DNA of 64,000 nucleotides. Source: an uncultured archaeon. Its GTDB lineage: Archaea; Altiarchaeota; Altiarchaeia; IMC4; SCGC-AAA252-I15. Below the pieces are notes generated by a model. The model saw only the letters and a program-made list of their open reading frames with translations, did no database searches and was not told the origin of the DNA. This document shows, piece by piece, positions 57,586-64,000 of this stretch. Each line of letters opens with the position of its first letter. The stretch's first letter is position 1. The translations under genes were made by a program, and so were the position numbers. The stretch covers positions 128,001-192,000 of the forward strand of contig CABMCB010000071.1 in assembly GCA_902384455.1 (NCBI GenBank), given 5' to 3'.

Positions 57586-59337
57586 ATGGCAGAACCAACC
57601 GTCCTAGTCGGGCTTGCAGTCGTCATCGGCTCAGCCACACTACTCGCATACATAGCCCACCTTATGAAGCAGCCTCTCGTCCTCGCATACGTCTTCGCAG
57701 GGCTACTAATCGGTCCCGGAGGATTCGGAATCATATCAAACAGCGACACAGTATTCTCTTTCTCGGAACTAGGAATAGCATTCTTCCTATTCGTAATCGG
57801 AATCCAAATCGACCTAAACAAAATCCGCGACATAGGATTCACAGTCGCAGCAGCAGGACTAACACAAATAATACTCACATTCCTGGCGGGATACGGCCTC
57901 TCCCTTTTTCTGGGTTTTTCTCACATCGTAAGCGTCTATTTGGGGCTTGTGATGACTTTCTCCAGCACTCTTGTCGTAGTTAAGATGCTGGCTGAAAAGG
58001 AGGAGTTGGATTCAATTCACGGCCGCATCGCTATTGGAATACTTCTTCTGCAGGACGTGGTCGCCATTATGGCGCTAGCAATCCTCAAGGACTACTCTTC
58101 TGAGGGATTAAGCAGCGTGATACTGCAGCCGCTTGCGATGTCTGCCGGACTGCTTGTTCTTTCGGTGGCTGCAAGCAGGATGTTGCTTCCGCCTTTGATG
58201 CGGTTTTTCGCCCATAATCAGGAGCTTCTGTTTCTCTCGGCTCTCTCATGGTGCTTCCTTTTTTCATTGCTCGCCCATCAGATGGGGCTTTCCATAGCAA
58301 TCGGAAGCTACCTTGCGGGAGTGGGAATAGGCGGCCTACCCTACAACCTTGAGATTGCGGGGTTAATTCGGGGTTTGAGGGATTTTTTTGCGACTTTGTT
58401 TTTCGTGTCTTTGGGTATGCAGCTTTCTTTGGGCCACTTAAGCGGCGCTTTGCCTGCGATAATCCTCTTCTCCATTCTGGTGCTCATTATCAAGCCGCTT
58501 AGCACTGTCTGGGTTGTTACTTTGCTTGGGTACAAGAGCCGGACGTCGTTCTTCTCAAGCATATCCCTTGGTCAGGTCAGCGAGTTCAGCCTGATACTTG
58601 TTTCCACCGGCGTAGGATTGGGTGTATTAAGCCCCAGCATAAGCTCTCTTGTTGCGGCCGTGACGGTGTTCACAATAATTACTACGTCTTATGCTCTAAG
58701 GTACAAGGAGAAACTTTTTATTGGCGTTGCCCGTCCGCTCAAGACGCTGGAGGAGAAAGGCTTCCGCAACAGGGTGCCTGTTGGCATTCCAGTCCGCCAT
58801 AAGGACCACATTGTTCTTGCGGGATGCAACCGCATGGGTTACTCCATACTTGAGACCCTCAAATCGCTGAGGCACGACTTCATAGTGGTAGACTTGGATC
58901 CCGACATAATCCAGGACCTGATGAACGAGGGCGTGCCATGCATCTACGGGGACATAAAGGATTCGGAGATAACAGAGCGCCTATACCTGAAGGACGCAAG
59001 CATAATAATCTCTACCGTAACCCAAAAGGACGACAACATCCGCTTAATAGAGGAAGTAAGGAAGGCCAACCCTAAGGCGCTTGTAATAGTCACCGCGCTC
59101 AACGTGGACACTGCGTTGGGCTTCTATCGGTTCGGCGCCGACTACGTGATTCTGCCTAAGATGCTTGCGGGAGAGAAAGTCGCCGACATCATAGTGGAAA
59201 ACGTCAGGAACCCCAAGCATCTTGGCGCATTAAGGGAGACTCACATTGTGGAACTGAAGTACATCAAGCGGCAGGAACTGCTGCGCAGATTCGAGCCCAC
59301 TTCATTGCGGATAGCAGAACGCCGGCTGCCCCCATGA
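57586..59337 (+). CDS. CPA2 cation:proton antiporter with TrkA-N (Kef-like) domain
   Basis: ELGIAFFLF.IG, SSTLVV.K, ILLLQD, QVSEFS; C-terminal GCNRMG, YGD, GADYVI.P. Confidence 0.92.
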   Translation: MAEPTVLVGLAVVIGSATLLAYIAHLMKQPLVLAYVFAGLLIGPGGFGIISNSDTVFSFSELGIAFFLFVIGIQIDLNKIRDIGFTVAAAGLTQIILTFLAGYGLSLFLGFSHIVSVYLGLVMTFSSTLVVVKMLAEKEELDSIHGRIAIGILLLQDVVAIMALAILKDYSSEGLSSVILQPLAMSAGLLVLSVAASRMLLPPLMRFFAHNQELLFLSALSWCFLFSLLAHQMGLSIAIGSYLAGVGIGGLPYNLEIAGLIRGLRDFFATLFFVSLGMQLSLGHLSGALPAIILFSILVLIIKPLSTVWVVTLLGYKSRTSFFSSISLGQVSEFSLILVSTGVGLGVLSPSISSLVAAVTVFTIITTSYALRYKEKLFIGVARPLKTLEEKGFRNRVPVGIPVRHKDHIVLAGCNRMGYSILETLKSLRHDFIVVDLDPDIIQDLMNEGVPCIYGDIKDSEITERLYLKDASIIISTVTQKDDNIRLIEEVRKANPKALVIVTALNVDTALGFYRFGADYVILPKMLAGEKVADIIVENVRNPKHLGALRETHIVELKYIKRQELLRRFEPTSLRIAERRLPP

Positions 59338-60068
59338 GAAAACGCCCAAGCAACCCTGTTGAGGGCGCATACGCAGCGCTTCTTTCATATTACGGGCCTC
59401 AGGGCTGGTGGCCGCTTTATGACTCGCATAAGGGGTTTTTAGCGTATCACCCCGGAAACTATTTGATCCCTGGTTCGGAGTGCGGGCGCGTTGAGGTGGC
59501 GTTTGGGGCTGTGCTTGCTCAGAACACAAGCTGGATTAACGCGGAAAAAGCTCTCATCAACCTGATAACAAACGATTCCCTTTCCGTCGAATCAATACTG
59601 CATCTGCCTGAAACTCGGCTCGCCATTTTTTTGCGTCCCGCAGGATACTACAACCAGAAAGCCAAGAAACTTAAGGCGCTATCCAAATTCATCAAAGAAG
59701 AAGGCAAAGGAAAATTAAGCCCTCTGAAAAAAATCCCCACTCAAAAACTCCGCGATAAAATGCTTAACGTATGGGGGTGCGGTCCTGAAACAGTCGATAG
59801 CATACTTCTTTACGCGCTAAACAAACCCTCATTTGTGGTGGACGCGTACACCCGCCGCATAAGCGCACGCATGGGTTGGACATCAGAAGACGCAAGCTAC
59901 AACGACCTAAAGGAAAAATTCGAGACGAACCTCCCGCCCAAGGACGCCGAAATCTACAAGGAATACCACGCGCTCATAGTAGAACACGCAAAACGCCACT
60001 GCACAAAGACGCGGCCTAAATGCCAAAACTGCCCGCTGAAAGAAAAATGCGAGTACAATAACGCCTAA
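59334..60068 (+). CDS. endonuclease III-related HhH-GPD glycosylase
   Basis: GPQGWWP, GAVLAQNTSW, GCGPETVDSILLY, VVDAYT.R, C-terminal C..PKC..CPL...C Fe-S motif. Confidence 0.9.
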   Translation: MRKRPSNPVEGAYAALLSYYGPQGWWPLYDSHKGFLAYHPGNYLIPGSECGRVEVAFGAVLAQNTSWINAEKALINLITNDSLSVESILHLPETRLAIFLRPAGYYNQKAKKLKALSKFIKEEGKGKLSPLKKIPTQKLRDKMLNVWGCGPETVDSILLYALNKPSFVVDAYTRRISARMGWTSEDASYNDLKEKFETNLPPKDAEIYKEYHALIVEHAKRHCTKTRPKCQNCPLKEKCEYNNA

Positions 60069-60070
60069 CT

Positions 60071-60430
60071 TCAGTCAGTCTCCTCTTCCTCAACGCCCTT
60101 AAGGCGGGAAACAAACTTCCTGTAGAAACCCCTAACGCCAGTCTTCGCAGGAGCAGGTCGCTCCTCGCCGTAAAACATCGGGCGGCTGACTTGGCTCTTC
60201 AAGTCCTCATCGATTAAGACCGACTTAGTCTGCACTCCAAGCTCCTGCTCCAAACTAGCAATCTCGGCGTCCACGGCCTTAAGCCTGCTGTGGATTATTT
60301 CAAGGCGCGCCCTGCGCGAATTCTCCCTAAGCAACGAGGATTCTATGTAAGACTCACTCTGCCTGTTTGCTGCAGGCATTTTAGCCTCTTTCGTCTTCTT
60401 TTTGCTGGGGATTCCTTTCTTCGTCGGCAT
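60071..60430 (-). CDS. hypothetical coiled-coil protein
   Basis: Fills the gap on the same strand as upstream genes. An alternative start at 60379 removes the 50-bp overlap. Confidence 0.5.
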   Translation of the reverse strand: MPTKKGIPSKKKTKEAKMPAANRQSESYIESSLLRENSRRARLEIIHSRLKAVDAEIASLEQELGVQTKSVLIDEDLKSQVSRPMFYGEERPAPAKTGVRGFYRKFVSRLKGVEEEETD

Positions 60431-62618
60431 CTTCGCCCTCCGTCAACGACTGACCTATCGATAACGATATGTGTTTCGGCCTTATATTAGCGTTTGCATG
60501 CGGCTTGCGCTCCTTGACGTGTTCCACGGCCTGCTCCACCTGCTCCTTCATGTGCATTACGTAAGGCTCCTCCCCTGCGTGTTCAAGATGCGATTCGCCT
60601 TCAGAGCCCTTGAAAGCCTTGTAAGAAAGTGACGTGACAGTAAGCATCGCAAGCCCCAGAATCCCAAGGACTACTGCGACTACTCCGACGCGGATGCCCC
60701 AGTAAGTGATTAATGCGCGCCTATACGCCCAACGTATGCCGTCAACGGTAGCGCGGCCTTCCTCAACGCTTGCGATTCCTTTTTCGTCTCCCAGCGCTCT
60801 GTACGAAGTTTCCGCTCCGTCAAGAAGCGCGTACGCTTCGTCGTAGCTTTCGTTTCCTGCCGCGGAAACAGCGCGGGAAATGGATGTCTGAGCGTCTTTG
60901 CCCATGAGGGCGAGATTCTGGACTGCAAGAGCATCCTGACTTGTGTTCTCCATCTCAATGAACTGGTACGCGGAAACGGCCATCGCCGCCCACTCGCTCG
61001 CATTCAAGTAGTCTCCTGCGGCATAAGCCTCTCTTGCGTTGGCCAGATATATTCCTGCCCTCGGATAACTGCGGGCGTAATTGACAAGGTGTGTGGCCTG
61101 CGTTATTAACTGCATGTCGCCCAGCTTCTGATAAAGGTCCAATGCGGCCTGACCTGTTTTTTCGGCGTTGGCGTAGTCGTTTTGGTTGAGGTACGAGGCC
61201 GCCTCGTTGTACTTTGCGTCGGCGGTCATCCTGTCTGATATGCGGGTGAGCATCCGCCCGCTCTCAAGCAAACCCACGTTGTCTCCTGAATTCTTGAAGA
61301 AGTCGTTCGCTTGAGAAGCCAAATCCTTCGCCTTGGCGAAGCTCATGTTCCTGTAGGCGTCCTCAGACGCTCTCAGTAGCACAGTCGCCCTCTTCTGCTG
61401 CATGTAAGGCTTGGTGTCGAATCCGCGTACTCTCTGGTCCGTGCCGCTTGTGACGACATCCAAGTAACTGTCGCCGTTGAAGTCACCCGCCTTAAGTGCG
61501 GTTATGGGACTCATCTTGTCCGAACTCCATATTAAGCCGCCTGTTTTGTTTAGGATGCGAAGTCTGTCTGAGCCGACTATTACTTCCGGCGATCCGTCGC
61601 CTTCAACGTCAGCAAGAGCAATTCCTCCCACAGGCCCTGAACCAGCATAACCCCAAAGTCTGTTGCCGCTGCCGTCGAAAGCGTAAACCACGCTGCCTGC
61701 GGCGACAATATCCTTATTTCCGTCGCCGTTAAGGTCGACCAAAATAACCCCTTTGACTGAACCTGAAACATTAGCCTCAAACCTAAGGGAGCCGTCGTGG
61801 TTCAAAACGTCGATTTCATCCTGGAGGCCGGCCACAATCTCAGGTTGGCCGTCGCCGTCCAAGTCGCCTGCCTGCACAGTATACGAGCCCATGGAGGCCT
61901 GATACCTCCAAAGTATTCCTTTTACTGTGTCTATTGCGACTATGGGTGCGGGTCCGTTGTAAGTCAGGCTGCGGCTTCCTCCTGTGGGGTCGAGTCTTGT
62001 TGCCGAGTTCACTCCGTTCTTGACGAACCCCGCTATCACCTCGTCTTTTCCGTCGCCGTTGACGTCGGCGCTTGTGAAAGTCAGAGGTGCTTCGTACATG
62101 GAAAACCCTATGGAGTTTATCCGCCCTCCGTTGTTGTCAACAATGAATACGCTGTTTCCGCTCAACCCCCCGGAAGTCCCAATCACCGATTCGGTCTTAC
62201 CGTCCTTGTTAAAGTCCGCTGCATACAAACCGCGGCCGTCCGCGTATGTGGCGAAGCTCCATTTTTTGTCGCCTACTGAGTTGAATGCGTGGACGTATAC
62301 TGGGGACCCCATGAGTATTGTCGCTTGGCCGTCGGGGTCGTTTGCGGCGAAGCTGTTGTACATTAGGCTGCCTATGAGTCTGCTCCACGCTAAGGAGCCG
62401 TTGGCTTCAAGTGCGTAGAATGTTCCTCCGCGGGTGGAGTCGACAAGAATCAGGGATCTGCCGTCGTACTGGTATGTGTTGATGTTTTTGTTGGCTTCTG
62501 AGAGGGCATAAACCCAAGTGGGCGTCAGAATCACGTCAGTCGATTTCGTAGCCGCAGCTGCGGCGTACGGAGTGAGCATTAAGGCGCACAAGACCGCCAG
62601 AAGAAGCAACTTATGCAT
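60381..62618 (-). CDS. membrane-anchored FG-GAP/PQQ beta-propeller protein with TPR-like stalk
   Basis: Signal peptide; repeated D.(N/D)GDG..E(I/V) motifs; helical repeats; C-terminal TM and cytoplasmic tail. Confidence 0.82.
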   Translation of the reverse strand: MHKLLLLAVLCALMLTPYAAAAATKSTDVILTPTWVYALSEANKNINTYQYDGRSLILVDSTRGGTFYALEANGSLAWSRLIGSLMYNSFAANDPDGQATILMGSPVYVHAFNSVGDKKWSFATYADGRGLYAADFNKDGKTESVIGTSGGLSGNSVFIVDNNGGRINSIGFSMYEAPLTFTSADVNGDGKDEVIAGFVKNGVNSATRLDPTGGSRSLTYNGPAPIVAIDTVKGILWRYQASMGSYTVQAGDLDGDGQPEIVAGLQDEIDVLNHDGSLRFEANVSGSVKGVILVDLNGDGNKDIVAAGSVVYAFDGSGNRLWGYAGSGPVGGIALADVEGDGSPEVIVGSDRLRILNKTGGLIWSSDKMSPITALKAGDFNGDSYLDVVTSGTDQRVRGFDTKPYMQQKRATVLLRASEDAYRNMSFAKAKDLASQANDFFKNSGDNVGLLESGRMLTRISDRMTADAKYNEAASYLNQNDYANAEKTGQAALDLYQKLGDMQLITQATHLVNYARSYPRAGIYLANAREAYAAGDYLNASEWAAMAVSAYQFIEMENTSQDALAVQNLALMGKDAQTSISRAVSAAGNESYDEAYALLDGAETSYRALGDEKGIASVEEGRATVDGIRWAYRRALITYWGIRVGVVAVVLGILGLAMLTVTSLSYKAFKGSEGESHLEHAGEEPYVMHMKEQVEQAVEHVKERKPHANANIRPKHISLSIGQSLTEGEDADEERNPQQKEDERG

Positions 62619-62656
62619 CCTTACACCTTATAGGCCGACGACTTAAAATGTTCCAT

Positions 62657-63613
62657 CTATCCTGATATGGCTCGCGTGAATACGTAAGCAATCGCTGCGG
62701 TCGCAAGAGGCGTGGCGATCCAGCCGGCCGCTATCGCAAGCAGCATGCGCGCATTCACCGTCCTAATCCCCTTAGTAAGTCCCACGCCGATTATCCCCCC
62801 GACAAGAGTCTGGGTGGTGGAAACTGGGATGCCGCTTATTATGCACCCGTAAACGACTGCGGCGGCGGAAACCTGAGCTGAGAAAGCCGATGCAGGACTT
62901 AAAGGAGTAATCCTCTTGCCTACTGTGTCAGCCACACCACCCCCAATCAAGAACACTCCAACCCCCAAAGCAAAGGCCGCCGCAGCAACAGCAAGAACCT
63001 CATAACCCCCCACAGCAGAAACAAGCGGACCCACGGCGTTGCCCATGCTGTTTGCTCCCAAATTGTACGCGATAGCCATCGCACCCGCAAGAGTCAGGTA
63101 CCTGAAGGCAACACTCTGGGCGGTAAAAGAGAGGGAATTAATTGCTGGCGTCAAAACCGCGCGGTAAACCACATAAGCCAAGAAACCCGATATGAACGGA
63201 GTAACCACCCACGCAAAAGCAATAGTCCCCACAACACCCCAACTAACAGGCGCACCCAAAGCAAGTCCCGCCCCAACAGCCGCCCCAACAATCGCCTGAC
63301 TGCTTGAAACAGGCAAAGAAAGCAAAGTAATCACAAACATGAAGACGGCGGCCGTCAAAACCGCCGCAAACGCCGCTTTCGCATGGCTGGAAAAACCGCC
63401 CTCAAATATCCTACTTCCTATCGTCTGACTAGTATAATGACTTTGAAGCACGGCGCCAGCGAAAGCAAGCAAAACAACAACCACCGCAGCGCCGGTGAAT
63501 CTGATGCCCTGACTCCCTATCAAAGTGCCGATAACATCGCCCGCATCATTCCCCCCAATAGTGAAAGCAAACAAAAAGGAGGCCAAAATAAGCAAAAGCA
63601 GTATTACTTCCAT
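62657..63613 (-). CDS. inorganic phosphate transporter (PiT family)
   Basis: GGNDAG, LPVSSSQAIVGA, GANSMGNAVG, GIPVSTTQ..VGGIIGVG. Confidence 0.92.
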   Translation of the reverse strand: MEVILLLLILASFLFAFTIGGNDAGDVIGTLIGSQGIRFTGAAVVVVLLAFAGAVLQSHYTSQTIGSRIFEGGFSSHAKAAFAAVLTAAVFMFVITLLSLPVSSSQAIVGAAVGAGLALGAPVSWGVVGTIAFAWVVTPFISGFLAYVVYRAVLTPAINSLSFTAQSVAFRYLTLAGAMAIAYNLGANSMGNAVGPLVSAVGGYEVLAVAAAAFALGVGVFLIGGGVADTVGKRITPLSPASAFSAQVSAAAVVYGCIISGIPVSTTQTLVGGIIGVGLTKGIRTVNARMLLAIAAGWIATPLATAAIAYVFTRAISG

Positions 63614-63621
63614 CGGCCAAA

Positions 63622-64000
63622 TTACGGCTTGTGCATCAGTATAATCAGGTTCAATGCGTCGCTTGCGTCCTCTGCGTCGTTGCTTATCGTACCAAGAAAG
63701 TCCGCGGTCTTAGTCAAAACTAAAATGTCTGTTGGCCCGTAAGCCCCCCTCCTGTATATAGTATGATAGAGCTTCACTTGTATGATGTCTATCTTATGCT
63801 CCTCGTCGCGGACTTTCTGGATGAGCGCCTTAAGCTTTTCTGCGTCGTCCATCGAATGCACAGCCTCAGTCAGAGCGCGGGTGCACGAAAGAGTCGTATC
63901 CACAATCTCAGTCATCATGCCCCTTATCTCCTCGTTGATTCGAATGCCCACAAGATAATCCGTCATATTAGCAAAATCCTGAGCCGAATTAGCCACAGTA
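63622..64000 (-). CDS. DUF47/PhoU-like phosphate transport regulator (3' part; starts beyond window)
   Basis: EEHKIDII, I.N.AEDASD motifs; adjacent to the PiT gene. Confidence 0.8.
   Translation of the reverse strand, partial: TVANSAQDFANMTDYLVGIRINEEIRGMMTEIVDTTLSCTRALTEAVHSMDDAEKLKALIQKVRDEEHKIDIIQVKLYHTIYRRGAYGPTDILVLTKTADFLGTISNDAEDASDALNLIILMHKP

Noticed and set aside
1-64000. CRISPR array, rRNA, integrase/transposase, reverse transcriptase or DGR
   Set aside because: No regularly spaced repeats or recognisable catalytic motifs were found by eye.

Overview
A 64-kb gene-dense archaeal chromosomal segment. The markers are TBP, rpS8e, archaeal-type ProRS, ApgM, pyruvoyl arginine decarboxylase, a KaiC/RAD55-like ATPase and a COG1361 S-layer gene. 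The many Thr-linker, Cys-rich surface proteins suggest a DPANN/Altiarchaeota-like organism (inference). Housekeeping genes (thrC, prs, pcm, uppP, leuA, proS, sod, msrB, Pit) alternate with secreted beta-helix, beta-propeller and disulfide-rich proteins. No CRISPR array, rRNA, integrase or transposase was recognised. The most notable signals are: (1) an unannotated 24-aa Leu-rich leader peptide with alternative hairpins and a U-tract directly upstream of leuA, a candidate archaeal attenuator; (2) a 226-bp, almost fully palindromic non-coding element between 20-bp direct repeats of the tRNA-Lys 3' end; (3) a ~10-kb KaiC-Roadblock-FIST-2xGGR-2xMFS-V4R cluster resembling a small-molecule signalling system, with an AT-rich block whose left edge lies inside the FIST gene; (4) kb-scale patches of extreme A+C versus G+T strand skew that ignore gene orientation; (5) orphan enzyme-like proteins, including a ~1780-aa helical-repeat protein with a possible kinase/SelO-like tail. 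All protein calls come from motif recognition by eye, not from database searches.
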